This document shows positions 13,185 through 27,145 of a stretch of DNA of 64,000 nt, in pieces. The DNA lies in the NCBI GenBank assembly GCA_951406725.2, contig OX597819.1:49042001-49106000 (forward strand), written 5' to 3'. Under the pieces are notes generated by a model, which made no database searches, had not been told where the DNA came from, and was given only the letters and a program-made list of their open reading frames with translations. Both the position numbers and the translations under genes were made by a program. Numbering within the stretch: position 1 is the first letter of the stretch; each line of letters begins with the position of its first letter. The DNA comes from Octopus vulgaris. Lineage: Eukaryota.

Positions 13185-14228
13185 TAATTAATGATATCAG
13201 GGTAGTAAAAATTTTAGAAATTTTACTACCAGTGGCCTAGCGTGTAGAAAAATAAGTCAATAGACTATATATATTATTAATATAAATACAGTGTACATTT
13301 AAACATATAAGAGGTATCCATCATAGGATTCCTGACATGCTAGAAGGAACAGCTAAAATTAAAACCACTCTTAGGGGTAAACTTTGAAGGGAAAAAAAAT
13401 AAAAACATTTACCATCTATCTGCTGGACCATGGTTTCTGACTTTTTTAGCAAATAAAATAATTTGCTAGGCAAAGTCTTCATCAACAGGTATGCCTAGAT
13501 TAAACATATAAGTACAATGCAGTCCAGCATGTGCCCCGTACTTATACATTATAATTTTCAAATCTACTGTACAAGCGCAGTTTTTTGTCGGCAGCAAATA
13601 AAATAATGCCGGTGTTACTTCGAAAATATTCCAGAAAAAATTATCAATAATTAATAATATCAGGGTAATAATAATTTTAGAAATTTTTACTACCAGTGGC
13701 CTAGTGTGTAGAAAAATTAGTCAATAGACTATATATTATTCATATAAATACAGTGTACATTTAAACACATAAGAGATATCCATCATAGGATTCCTGGTAC
13801 GCTAGAAGAAATAGCCAAAATCCAAACCACTATTAAGGATAAGCTTTGAAGGGAAAGAAAAATACAAACATTTACCATCTATCTGCTGGACCATGGTTTC
13901 TGACTTTTTTTAATGCCGGCATTATTTTATATGTTACTGACAAAAAACTGCGCTTGCAAGGTAGATTTGAAAAATTATAACGTATAAGCATGGGGCACAT
14001 GCTGGATTGCCTCGTACTTATATATTTAATCTAGGCGTAACTGTTGATAAATTATTTTATTTGCTAAAAAAAGTCAGAAACCATGGTCCAGGAGATAGTT
14101 GGTAAATGTTTTTATTTTTCATTCCCTTTGAATTTTATCCCTAATAGTGGTTTGGATTTTGGCTGTTCCTTCTAGCGTGCCAGGAATCCTGTGACGGATA
14201 CCTCTTATGCGTTTAAATGTACACTGTA
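13185..14228. repeat. ~463-bp unit: one full copy, one partial tandem copy and one inverted copy; the unit carries a minimal hammerhead
   Basis: Copy 1 ~13185-13646; copy 2 ~13647-13910 (period 463-464, e.g. AGTGGCCTAG at 13231 and 13695); copy 3 13911-14228 is the reverse complement of ~13287-13617 and starts at the palindrome TAATGCCGGCATTA. Confidence 0.9.
13423..13488 (-). ncRNA. Minimal type I hammerhead motif (U3 variant) with palindromic stem III
   Basis: Minus strand: CTG TTGATGA A GACTTT GCC TAGCAAAT TATTTT ATTTGCTA AA AAAGTC A GAAA CCATGG TC^ CAG. 3-bp stem I, long stem II, stem III ACCAUGGU, GUC cleavage triplet. Confidence 0.65.
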
Positions 14229-14508
14229 AAGTGCATAGCAGTATAGGCATCTTGTTAGACTCAAATGCCTTCAGCCACTTGAGTCTGTTCAGTTGCTTAT
14301 ACTGCTAAGTGCTTTATAGGTGCAACTGGTACTTAATTTATCGACCCCATTGGATGAAAGACAAAGTCGACCTTGGCAGAATTTGAACTCAGAACATAAA
14401 GACAGACGAAATATCGCTAAGCATTTTGCCTGACATGCTAACATTTCGGCCAGCTCACTGCCTTCCTTAAACAATATACTATTACTATATTATTACTATG
14501 CTTTAGAG

Positions 14509-14792
14509 CAGTGGTTCCCAAACTTTTTCAGGCTGCTGCTTCCATAGTTCTAAGGCTATATTCCTAGTGCCCCCCCCCCCACCACCCCACCACTATCACT
14601 CACTATCACAGACATTAACCATTTTCTGTCACAAATTCAAAACAACAGTATTTCACAAATAAAACTTTACCTAATTAAAACTTTATTTTGTTTGTTTCTT
14701 ATACATCCATTACCCCATTTTGCTCACCCCTTTATTGCCCCATTTTTCTTCAACACCCACCTGGATCATTCCACCCACTTTGGGAACCACTG
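14509..14792. mobile_element. hAT (Charlie-like) MITE with 8-bp TSD
   Basis: Perfect TIR CAGTGGTTCCCAAA / TTTGGGAACCACTG; TSD CTTTAGAG / CCTTAGAG. Confidence 0.9.
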
Positions 14793-15418
14793 CCTTAGAG
14801 TGTGCTTTTTTTGCAGATATAAGAACTGCTGATGATTTATATAACTATATATACATGAACAGTGTTGCGGATAAGTTTACAAATTTCAAATAGGGTTATT
14901 TTACACAATTTCTCCATATAAACCATTTCTAGGTGCAGCATGTTCATCATAAATAAGAGATTGAATATTACTTTTAATATAATGGCATATGAATTTTATT
15001 TATTCATTATATATGTTACATATTCAAATGTATTATCACTAATGCTTCACACTCCTCCTTGTTTTAATGTTTTACTACACTTCTTCATCAGCAGACGTAT
15101 TCAGGAAGGGAAATCGTTACTGCATTGTCTTATTTCCAAGTTCTTTTATGCTTTTCTTATATCCTGTTTTCCAAATATTCCACTTCCTTCCCCACACCCT
15201 CTCTCTTGCTTCTTCCCTCTCCTACCTTGTTCTTTAACACATACATGCATCTGCTTATGTATATGTGTATGTGTGCACATTTTATAAGTAAGCATTAAAA
15301 ATATAGATATCAATATTTAGATAATGAATTATTACTGTCATATGTAAATGTTAAGTCTGAAGCATTGTCTTTCGTTTATGTAATAATGATAATGATAATA
15401 ATAATAATAATGATGATG

Positions 15419-15463
<45 letters not shown>

Positions 15464-16271
15464 GTAGTAATAATAATAATAATGGTTTCAAATTTTGGCA
15501 CTAGACCAACAATTTTAGGGGAGGATGTTATGTTGATTGCATTGAACCCAGTACTGCACTGGTACTTAATTTTATTCGCCCTGAAAAGAAAAAAAAGGCA
15601 AAGTTGACCTCAGTGGTATTTGAACTCAGAGCATTAAAAAACTGGAAGAAATGACACTGAGCAGTTTGTCTTATGTGCTAACAATTCTGACATTACCAGG
15701 CTTCCACAGCATCCACCTTGTCTCTACTGCCAGGAAGGAGAATCTAGGTGACAGAATCTATCAGTTACTTCTGGTGAGCCTTCTGGAGTGTTGAAAAATC
15801 ACATTTCATGGGTGCTTTCAATGCTAACCTTCTGTTATCTAATACTTCTTTGTCAACCAGTTGAGACCCCGCAGCATCTTTTGTATTGCCATTGTTTACA
15901 TTTGGTACACAGTACAGAGTTCCTATCTAATTGTTTTCTCTATATCAAACATGCCACTTCCTTGATGGCAGCAAAGTTTTATATTCTCTCTTGTTAACTA
16001 AAAACTTTCATCTTTTGTTGATTATTCTATTAGTCCTGGCCTCTTTGTCTATAATCGTTCGAATAATGTTGGCCTAATTATGAGTCTATTATGATCCATA
16101 AGTCCACAAATAAAGCATTTATTTTATCTAATTTAATACACTTTCTACATAAGAGAGTTACATATTATATTCATAAACACTGCAGTTTATATGAAAGACA
16201 ATGCTGAGTGAATGTATAGACAAAAGAAGATGAAAACCTCAGTTTTAATCCATAGGGTATTAGTTGTACAT

Positions 16272-16689
16272 AAGGCGGCAAGCTGGCAGAAACGTTAGCA
16301 CACCGGGCAAAATGCTTAGCGGTATTTCATCTGCCGCTATGTTCTGAGTTCAAATTCTGCCGAAATCGACTTTGCCTTTCATCTTTTCAGGGTCGATTAA
16401 ATAAGTACCAGTTACACACTGGGGTCGATATAATCGACTTAATCCGTTTGTCTGTCCTTGTTCGTCCCTTCTGTGTTTAGCCTCTTGTGGGTAGTAAAGA
16501 AATAGGTATGTCGTCTGCTGTTACGTTCTGAGTTCAAATTCTGCTGAGGTCGACTTTGCCTTTCATCCTTTCGTGGGTCGATTAAATAAGTACCAGTTAC
16601 GCACTGGGGTCGATATAATCGACTTAATCTGTTTGTTTGTCCTTGTTTGTCCCTTCTGTGTTTAGCCCCTTGAGGGTAGTAAATAAATA
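16272..16689 (+). mobile_element. SINE family B (tRNA head, Nin/Deu-like core), partial dimer with 16-bp TSD
   Basis: The core GTCGACTTTGCCTTTCATCCTTTC..GGTCGATTAAATAAGTACCAG occurs twice (first copy slightly diverged). Perfect TSD GGTATTAGTTGTACAT at 16256-16271 and 16690-16705. Confidence 0.9.
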
Positions 16690-17160
16690 GGTATTAGTTG
16701 TACATTGTTACACTGCATAGTATTTGCATCATCTTGTTGCTATTTTGCAGTGGACCTCATTGCACTACACTGATATGTCTGAGAAGGGTATTTAATAACA
16801 AGGCATTATAAGGTCTTATCTAAAGAGGGCTACATTGTATAAGTGCATTACATTAAGTATCTTGACAGATGGAAGTCTATATAAGGTAGCAAGTCGAAAT
16901 GTAATTTGTGTATTTTTGGCTGTACAAACAAGAAAAAATATTCAGGGTGTAGTTTATTTGAAAGTCAGGTTTCATTCGATTGCTAGCCGAAGTTTCTCTG
17001 TTTATATCATGTAATTGAATTTACAAAACATGTGTGTGTGTGTGTGTGTATACACACATATATATATGTATGTATTTATAAGGTATTTGAGGACATACCC
17101 TTTTTGGGTCATTGCTGCATTTTTGCTAGCTCTGTAAAATTTTTGTTTCAGAAAATAATA

Positions 17161-17560
17161 ATGGCAGACCCTCAGCTTACACAAGAAATGAAGAAGTATG
17201 CTGTTATTGTGATTATAAACGCTGAGCATGGTGATTTAGAAATATCTCAAATTTTAAAAGTTGCCTGATCTTTCATCTACAAAGTTTGTAAGGAGCTAGA
17301 GACTGAAAATGGAAACGTATCACCAGTATCAAAGCATAAAAAGCATTCTAAATGCTCTGAAATCATCAGAACACTTGATTTATCCAGCAAGTTCAACAGA
17401 CCATCGATTTTAATCCCAGAAAGTTCATGAAGTCAATTGCAAAAAATCTCCGTGTGTCAGAAGGAACAGTCAGAAATGTTGTCCACGAAGACATCAGATA
17501 TAAGTTTTATATGATGAGGAAAGGTCAATTTGTCAGAAAAAGCAAAAGAAAATCATTTCA
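17161..17560 (+). pseudogene. Tc1/mariner-superfamily transposase N-terminal remnant (maT/DD37D-like)
   Basis: MADPQLTQEMKKYAVIV...EISQILKVA*SFIYKVCKEL...IRT/FIQQVQQTIDFNPRKFMKSIAKNLRVSEGTVRNVVHEDIRYKFY: paired HTH pattern with a stop and frameshifts. Subfamily assignment is by resemblance only. Confidence 0.7.
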
Positions 17561-18831
17561 TCACACACACACACGTCTATTTGACTGGGAATATGAATGA
17601 GGTAGTATAACAAAATGTTTCACCAGGTTTATATTATTGTGTGTCCTTGACTTGCGAGCTACTTGGCGATCCCATAAGTGCTGGCACCCCATAAAAGGCA
17701 CCTGTGCTAGGGCCATGTGAATAGCACTCATGCTGGTGCCACATAAATAACAACTGTGCTGGAGCCACATAAAAAGCACCCATGCCAGCACCATGTGCAA
17801 AGCACCCAGTACACTCTGTAAAGTGGTTGGTGTTAGGAAGGGCATCCATTTGTAGAAACCATGCCAAAACCGATGACAAGAGCCAGCTCTTGTCAAATCA
17901 TCCAACCCATGCCAGCATGGAAAACAGGCATTAAATGATGATTAAGATGATGATGATGATACTTCTGTTGGACTATTTTCATGTAAAATCCTATTTATTT
18001 CTCAGGGCACCTCAACAATGTTATGGTGAGAATAACACTTCATAACAAATATCAGAATTATATATTTTGCTGATAATCAGTGGCTGTGGTGGTTGTTTTC
18101 ACAAGAATAAATAAATAAAAAATAGAAAATAAAAAATAAAAATATAAAAACATTGAATTTTTTTTTCATAGAATTGTGAAATTAGGTTGATTGATATTCT
18201 TGTGAATCGCTAGGAATATTTTTCAAGAAATTTTTTGCTTTTTAAATAGATTATTTTGTGCAACAGCATTAGTCTCCCATAAATAAAGCTTAGATAGTAA
18301 GAGAGAGGGGGAAAAAAAAAGAGAAAAATTGATTAGAATTATAATCAAAATAAGTAGAAGAATAACAAAAAAATGGCAGAAGAAAAATAAAAAAAAGAAG
18401 CAGATAAAAAAGAGGAAAACTGAAATAAAGTTGAGACAAGTAAAAGGAAAGTAGAGAATAGATATGAGAAGAACAAAAGAGGAAGAAATGTATGTGTAGA
18501 GAAGTGTGATGTATTAAGAGGAGAAATTATGAGAAGCCCTCATATTTGTAATGCCGTGTTAGATATATAAAATTGAAGCTATGATTAAATTTTTTTTTAT
18601 TGAAAAAAGAAATGAAGGAAAGATAGGATTGCATAAATGGGGAAAAAAAATTTGCTTTTCATGAAGTTGCAGGTAATTAGCATACATTAATGGTATGTAA
18701 GATAAGGTAGGAATGATGAGGGAAGAGGGCGATGAAGGGAAAGTAATACAGTCAGAAGTCATTCTCTTCTTATCTCCCCCTGCGGGTAGGTGATTGGCTG
18801 GTAAAGGCAGAGGTGCAAGTATCTGCATGTG

Positions 18832-18834
<3 letters not shown>

Positions 18835-18884
<50 letters not shown>

Positions 18885-19255
18885 AAACTTTGTACAGGGT
18901 ACACAACAGCTGTAAAGGATATAATTATAAATAGATCATGTTGTGAATCTTTCTCAATTTACTTTTATTTTATAAGCAGATGGAAGAAGAAGAAGAAGAA
19001 GAAGAAGAAGAAGAAGAAGAAGAAGAAATGAGAAAGCAGCAAGCAAACATGTGTACATAAATAAAATAATAATAATAATAATAACAATAATAATAATAAT
19101 AATGATAATAATAATAATAATAATAAAGCAATTGCCATCAAAAATGAAAAACAAACAAAGGAACAATTGTTATTCTTGCTTAATACTACTGTTTGTGGTG
19201 TTGAATGGTGTATAGAAATAAATAAATGAATAAACAATATGAAAAGCCACAATCT

Positions 19256-19328
<73 letters not shown>

Positions 19329-19472
19329 GAACATTGATATGATCTGCTTGTAAAGAAAAATAAAAATAAAATAAAGTCCCCCCCCATCCCCCCCGTGACT
19401 AATTCGGTTGTCTGTCTTCTATTTTGGTTAAAAAGGTATTATATGTCATGCTATATATATATACATACATAC

Positions 19473-19507
<35 letters not shown>
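18835..19507. repeat. Microsatellite cluster: (CA)n, (GAA)n, (AAT)n, (GA)n, (TA)n
   Basis: Five different SSRs within ~700 bp. Many others occur in the window, e.g. (AAT)n 8373-8471, (GATA)n/(GATG)n 21856-21937, (CA)n(CATA)n 32911-33059, (CATA)n 61550-61869. Confidence 0.95.
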
Positions 19508-19511
<4 letters not shown>

Positions 19512-19782
19512 AACAACAGTTAAACCATTTAAAATAACAGTAACTCTTAACTTGAATAAGAGCAGAGCATTAGAACTGTTACATCAGCAGCAGAGCATCA
19601 GTAGCAGCAGCAGCTGCAGCAAAGCCAGCATCATTGAAATTTGGTGCCTTTGGTTTATGTAAAGGGTTCTTTATTTTGTTATTTGTAGCTACCCAGTAAC
19701 AGAAATGGTTGTCAGAACAGGACTAACCTTCAATATGTTCATTGATTCTACATGTCTGCTAGTTCATTCGTGTATTATATAT

Positions 19783-19999
19783 CTTTTCTCTTTCTCTTTT
19801 ACTTGTTTCAGTTGTTTGACTGTGGCCATGCCGGAGCACTGCCTTTAGTCGAGCAAATCGACCCCAGGACTTATTCTTTGTAAGCCTAGTACTTATTCTA
19901 TCGGTCTCTTTGCCAAACCGCTAATTTACAGGAACGTAAACACACCAGCATCGGTTGTCAAGTGATGTTGGGGGGACAAACACAAAGACACAAACACAT

Positions 20000-20042
<43 letters not shown>

Positions 20043-20208
20043 TACGACAGGCTTCTTTCAGTTTCCATCTACCAAATCCACTCACAAGGCTTTGGTCAGC
20101 CTGAGGCTATAGTAGAAGACACTTGCCCAAAGTGCCATGCAGTGGGACTGAACCCTGAACCATGTGGTTGGTAAGCAAGCTACTTACCACATAGCCACTC
20201 CTATGCCT
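19783..20208 (-). mobile_element. SINE family A
   Basis: Full-length match to the other copies. Confidence 0.9.
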
Positions 20209-21854
20209 ATCTGGGGTTTTTTTATGCTAGTATAGATTAAATTAATACTTGTCTTTGAGGCATTGTTTTACAGCTGGGTGCCCCGTTTTTCACTAACCAT
20301 TGTCTGTTTTTCAATGGATTTCTTTCTCTTTTTTTTTATTCCAATTGTCTTTGAAAGTACAGAGCTACTGGATGATCTATATTAACAGGGCATGTCAAGA
20401 AAATGTCCCCCTTCCTTGCTTAAACAATTTCATGCAAATATGTAGAATGTAAACACTCACACACATACATTCACAACAAGCTTGTGTATAGATTCTGTCC
20501 ACAAACTCAACTCTCAAGGCATTGACTAGCCTGAGGATAGAGTTGAATAATAATCCTTTCTGCTATAGGCACAAGGCCTGAAATTTTGGGGGAGAGGACT
20601 AGTCGATTACATTGAGCCCAGTGTTTCACCGGTACTTAATTTATCAACCCCGAAAGAACAAAAGGCAAAGTCAACCTCGGTGGAATTTGAACTCAGAACA
20701 TAGTGACAGGCGAAATACTGCTAAGGAGTTTTGTCCGGCATGCTAACGATTGCACCAGCCTGCCACCTTTATAGAGTAGAATAATAATGCTGAAGGTACC
20801 GTGAAATGAGCTAGAACTCAAAACCATGCGGTTACAAAGTGAACAGCATATCCACACAGGTATCCCTGTACCTATTGTATCTATATTTTACTTCTGTACA
20901 AAATATTTTCTTTCCTTTTATTCTCTTGAATTTTAGATTTTTAAAAGCATTTTTCAATTATTTTATGCTTCTAACTAAACTTGGCCATTCTTCAAATGAC
21001 TGATTATACATACACTATACTTTGGCACTATTTCCTGATGTTTTTCACCATTTTTATGTCACTTGTTAAAACCTTTAGTTCTTTTTATGTCCACTGCTCA
21101 ATGAAGACCTACAAAGTGTTGTAAAGTCTACAGCACACAGCTATTATATCTTCACCTCATATTTTTTCAGTAAATTAAAGGAAATAGATATATAGTTATA
21201 AGCAGAGACCTGAGTCCAGCTGTTTTCAGATGTGGTCATCTTGTTTGGGATGTGAAATCTTACATATAAATTTTTTACCTATCTAATTACATGTTTAACT
21301 CATTAAAAAAAAAAAAGAAATTGGTAAGTCATCTATTTATGGACCATTAAATGCTAGTATCAAAACTATTATTTGAATCATAAACATTTGAAAATACAAA
21401 TGTTGATAGTGCAGCATGGATGAGTTTGTGATGTATTTTGCTGAACTGATGGCAAATAAAGAGCACTAAAAATAGAGGTTAACCATTTCAAGTTCACAAC
21501 TCCAAGTAGCACTTGTAATTAAGCATGACATAGCCCCAAACAAATAAATAGATTGTTATTTATAGTCTTACACATGCATACAATTACATCTCAGTTACCC
21601 TCTTTCCCCCTCCTCTCTCTGACTCTCTCTCTCTCTCACACACACACACACATGCACAAATGCATTCTAGCTGATTATTGGTCAGTTATTGAGTGTCTCA
21701 ACAAACATTTCCTTTTCCTGCGACCTAGTTCAGTTGACTAAGCGATTGTAGTTTATCAAATAATTGAACAGGATGAATGGCTAAACTGACAGAGACATAG
21801 AAAGTTGCTCAAACCCACCTACATACCTAGACAAGCAGACAGATATGCTAACAG

Positions 21855-21905
<51 letters not shown>

Positions 21906-22163
21906 GGATAGATGGATGGATGGATGGATGGATGGATCTGAATGAATGGCTGGCTGGATGTGTGGGTGGTTTTCTTTGAATGGGTGAAGGATCAGTCAAT
22001 AGATAGATAGATAGGAAGGTAGGTAGATGGCCAAGGTACACAAACCATTGAAAATATAACTGTCCTCTTTGCATTAATATTCAACAAGTTAAAAATCAAC
22101 TAAGTTTCTACCAAACTTCATAAAAAAAATACATTATTTATTAAATGTTGCTATTTTTGACTA

Positions 22164-22570
22164 GGTGTCCGTTGCCAGCCTCGGCTGGCCCCCGGGCCGG
22201 TGACACGTAAAAGCACCGTCCGTTCGTGGCCGGTTGCCAGCTCTGTCTGGCCCCGTGTCGGTGGCACGTAAAAGCACCATCCGTTCGTGTCCGTTGCCAG
22301 CATCGCCTGGCCCCGTGCCGGTGACACATAAAAGCACCATCCATTCGTGGCCGTTCGCCAGCTCTGTCTTGCACCTGTGCAGGTGGCACGTAAAAAACAC
22401 CCACTACACTTGTGGAGTGGTTGGCGTTAGGAAGGGCATCCAGCCGTAGAAACACTGCCAGATCTGACTGGGCCTGACGAAGCCTTCCAGCTTCACAGAC
22501 CCCAGTTGACCCATCCAACCCATGCTAGCATGGAAAGCGGACGCTAAACGATGATGATGATGATGATGAT
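22164..22570 (+). mobile_element. Family C, young CpG-rich copy
   Basis: Four GC-rich units, the conserved 3' end and (GAT)n. Confidence 0.85.
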
Positions 22571-23893
22571 ATAAGACCAGAGGAATGGTGAAAATACCCG
22601 GATTCAACCCTAATATATTCCTGGGGAATAAACAGCAAAGTTAATACTCATGAGATTTGAACACAAATTATAATCCTAGTGTAGATTCCTAGTGCACAAT
22701 AGGCAAACTGATAGAGTCATCAGAGCATTTGACAGAATGTCTTGCAATATTCATTCAGGTTCTCTGTGCTCCAAGTTCTAAATAATGCCCTAAATAATGG
22801 TGAGGTCAGCATTTCTTTTCGGTCTTTTAGGGCTGAAAAATAAAATGCCACTCCAACCCTAGAGTCAATTCTCCTCCTCCTCCTCCTCCTCCTCCTCCTC
22901 TTCCTCCTTCTTCTCTCTGTCTCCCTCTCCCCTCTCTCTGTGGAAAAAAAATCAACTCTGCTCAGACTTGGCCAGGGATGAAGTCCACCAGGTTTGAAAT
23001 ACCCAAGACATATTGTATATCATGACGGCACCCTTACAATAAATAACACCAGGAGTTGAGGACCCAAAGATGAGGAAGGGTAGGTGTGCAGATCATTTAG
23101 TCCTTCGTACTACCATCTGCATCAGTCCTACTACCATTCCATATGTTAGTCAAAACTATGTTAAAATAATAAAACAAGTACTTTCTTAGTCACCAGAGAC
23201 ATTTTTATATTTCGTTTTATCTTAGTATATTACTTTTGCCATTTCAAACCAACAATAAAGCCTCAGTCACAGTTGGAGAACCTCTTGCCTGTGGGCGAGA
23301 TTTTATTTACCTGCTGGGGATGTCTGTAAAAACCCTATATGATAAAAATGGTTTAAGCCTTAAGACCAAAGAAGTAATTTAATATCAGTTGCATACCTAT
23401 GAATTTGTGAAATTAAAGATTTATTATTTTTATCAGCACAGGTGCATCCACAAAGCTCCTCATGCACTTATAATTCACCCCAGGTACTAAAAAAAGGATC
23501 TCCAGTCATGCTGTTCTTAGTCACTCAACATACCAAAATTAGAGGCTAAATCTCCCTTAAATCAGATCCTAATGTTTAACAAAAATATAAAAAATAAATA
23601 AATACATCAATGGATAAATAAATAAAATGGGAAAATAGGTCTTAGAATTCCTTTGCTCATGGGTCTGCTCAGTCATGGTTGACCTGGAGCTAAACAACAT
23701 GACATTTGTTGTTAATATTTTTTTCTATCAATCTCTCTGGAAGATAAAAGGTGATGTACTTGATTTAAACTAAAAAGAAAAAGAAAAAACTCCCAAAACA
23801 AAGAATTCCTAGAAAGAAGGAAGTTGTGAGTGAGATTTGACCACAAATGAGGATTGAGATGCGTAGTAATAAATATTCTGTTTCTGCTGATCC

Positions 23894-24030
23894 GCTGAGG
23901 TTGACTTTGCCTTTCATCCTTTCAGGGTCGAAAAATTAAGTACCAGTTACGTACTGGGGGTTGATGTAATCGACTGCACCCCTTCCCCCAAAATTTCGGG
24001 CCTTGTGCCTACAGTAGAGAAGACTATTTC
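23894..24030 (+). mobile_element. 5'-truncated SINE family B with 14-bp TSD
   Basis: TSD GTTTCTGCTGATCC at 23880-23893 and 24031-24044. Confidence 0.85.
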
Positions 24031-24240
24031 GTTTCTGCTGATCCATCTAAACTCAAAACTATGAAACTGTAAAAGGGGAGGAGGAGGAAGAACCAATGAG
24101 AGAACCTCTATGTGATCCCCTTTACATGACACTGGTAACAACCATGGCTAAATTTCACAGGTGCTATTTACATGACAGTGGCAATGGTCATGATTATGGT
24201 TTCACTTGGTTTGACAAATCTTCTCAAACACCTATTTGCT

Positions 24241-24952
24241 TAACCCCCTTAATGACCATATTTCTTATGAAATACTTAATTTAATTTTGAAAACGATCAA
24301 TGAATTTGGATGAATTTAATAAAATATCTCATTTTTGTAATCTAATTGTTTCCATTCCATGCCAGTGGCACATAAAAGGGCACCATTCGAGTATGATCAT
24401 TACCAGCATCACTTTACTGGCACTTGTGCCTGTGCTAGTAGGGTGCCAAGAGCAACATCCAAGCGTGATCATTGCCAGAGCAGCCAACTGGCTTCCATAC
24501 CTGTGGCACATAAAAGGGCACCATTCAAGCGTAATCGTTACCAACGTTGCTTCACTGGCACCTGTGCCGGTGGCATGTGTAAAAAGATTCGAGCGAGGTC
24601 ATTGTCAGTACTGCCTGACTGGCCCCCATGCCGGTGGCACGTAAAAAGCACCCACTACACTCTCGGAGTGGTTGGCGTTAGGAAGGGCATCCAGAAGTAG
24701 AAACTCTGCCAGATCAAGATTGGAGCCTGGTGCAGCCATCTGGTTCACCAGCCCTCAGTCAAAATCGTCCAACCCATGCTAGCATGGAAAACGGACCTTA
24801 AACGATGAGGATGATGAATTGATACAATTCAGTTGGTGTTCAGAACATTAAAAAAAAACAAAAAAAACACAGTTCTTAGAATAGAATGTAATGTGGTTTT
24901 GTAGCTGAAAGACCAACAGCAGTCTGAGATAGGTTGGAATTCAAAGGGTTAA
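24241..24952. mobile_element. piggyBac-type MITE interrupted by a (GAT)n-tailed retroelement
   Basis: TTAACCCCTT ... AAAGGGTTAA ends. The insert at ~24352-24816 is flanked by AATTG on both sides. Confidence 0.6.
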
Positions 24953-25229
24953 AAAGAAATGAAGAAATTACTCTCTTAAAAAAATTTTTTTTAAATCTGT
25001 TTCTTTTTTCTTCTTCATATGAAATCATGTTTTGGTTATGATGAATGGAGCGGTTGGTTTCATTTCGGAAAGATAGCTAATCAAAACAGAATTAAATAAA
25101 TGTAATAAGCCAGAGTGAGATAAGGATAGTTAAATGGTTTGCAATGACTACTTTACATTGAATGCATAACTGCTTTCACGAAACTAGAAGAATACCAGAG
25201 TGGTGTGCACACGTGCATGCATGCATGCG

Positions 25230-25283
<54 letters not shown>

Positions 25284-25439
25284 GAGTCGATTTTGCAATT
25301 AGGAGGAAGTTGAAACCATAGAGAAGATGGACGTTAATGGTTTATTTAAATCTATGGGTAAATGAATGGTTTGAGTGGGTGAGCATTACATTTGGTTATT
25401 GATTTATATGTAATATGCATATATATATATATGTGTGTG

Positions 25440-25518
<79 letters not shown>

Positions 25519-25703
25519 ATATATATATGTGTGTATATATATATATGTATATATATATAAAGGGTGAGAGAGAGAGGGGGAATAAAAAGAGAGGGGAAGA
25601 GAAAGAGAAGGGGAATTATTTGTGAAATCTGGACCCATGTGTTGTGTGGTTTTAGTATTTATGATAAAAGAGTGACAAAATAATACAAGTGATGAAAGAG
25701 AGA

Positions 25704-25739
<36 letters not shown>

Positions 25740-26944
25740 GGAGAAGAAAAAGAAGAGAAAAGTGAAGAGAGAGAAAGAGAGAAAGAGAAAAGAGTGAGAG
25801 AAAAGATGGAATATAAAAAAAAAAACAAATACACATTATCTTTGCTCTCATTGTTCTCTGCCTCTCTCACCCTCTCTCTCTCTTGCTAACAACCAGTATA
25901 TTCTTTGGAGAGGTGGATGACATGAGAAAAGGATTTAAAAAAATATCTCATGGAAAGAAATAAAGAAAGAACAATGAAGAGAGAGAGAGAAACAGGGAGG
26001 AAGAGATGAAGGAACAAAAGATATAAGGTTTTATGATGATGACCTTTAATACAAATAATCTCATTACCAAAATGTAAGTGAAACACTGCAAACTTCTGCT
26101 CATGTATCATCACCAGCCTACTGTTGAGATAATACAACTGTTGATGATTTTTATTGCTGTCAATAGAAAGACCATTAAGACCTTCCCCCTTCGCCTCACA
26201 CACACACACACACACACACACACGCAAAGGAAGCCTTTTGTGCTCACTTGACTTGCTGGAGACTGCAGCCAAATCTTTCTAAAATCATACCCTTTCAGAA
26301 TTTTTAAAGAAAGATACATTGGATAATGTAGACCTAGATATACTGTGCCTGAATATGAAACAGAGTGGTAAACATTGGGTCTGTGTGACCAAAGGTCTGT
26401 TTGGTCAAGACTGATTTGAAACTAAATACGTTTCTTTACTACCCACAAGGGGCTAAACACAGAGGGGACAAACAAGGACAGACAAACGGATTAAGTCGAT
26501 TACATCAACCCCAGTGCATAACTGGTACTTAATTTATCGACCCCAAAAGGATGAAAGGCAAAGTCGACCTCGGCGGAATTTGAACCCAGAATGTAACGGC
26601 AGATGAAATACGGCTATGCATTTCGCCCAGCGTGCTAACGTTTCTGCCAAATAACAATAGCAACAACAACCAACCAACACACACACACACATACACATGA
26701 GTCAATGATCTGCTGGAAATAACAGCCAAATCTCTCTAAGGAAAGGACATGGCAACATAGTCCTAAAGCATAATCCCTAATAAGAGAAGAATGGTCACTG
26801 AATGCCTTTGGTCATAGATCTGCTTGACTTGGGTCTAAACAATGATACATGCACACACACACACACACACATGTATAAACACTCACACACACACATACAC
26901 CCCCATCCCAGATTTTATGCAGCTATTAATCAAAGCACAAAGAG

Positions 26945-27145
26945 AGGTTCTATGTGGTCAGTCAACCTGCTGAAAATAATAGCAAAATCTTACTCAAATC
27001 AGACGCCCCTACCCTGAAGAAGAGAAAGATACATTTGATAATGTAGTCACAAATACAGAGACAAGAAAAAGACAGGATGGTCATAGAAGGAACAGTGTTT
27101 TGCTGGACAGTGTTGACGTGAAGGCAAACAACAACAACAACAACA
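26945..27145 (+). mobile_element. Old dispersed repeat family E with (CAA)n tail
   Basis: CCTGCT.GAAATA..AGC.AAATCT...ACATT.GATAATGTAG...AGGATGGTCA...(CAA)n recurs at ~4455-4660, 23500-23700, 26240-26430, 26700-26840, 28490-28690, 55050-55220 and inverted at 49360-49720. Confidence 0.65.
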
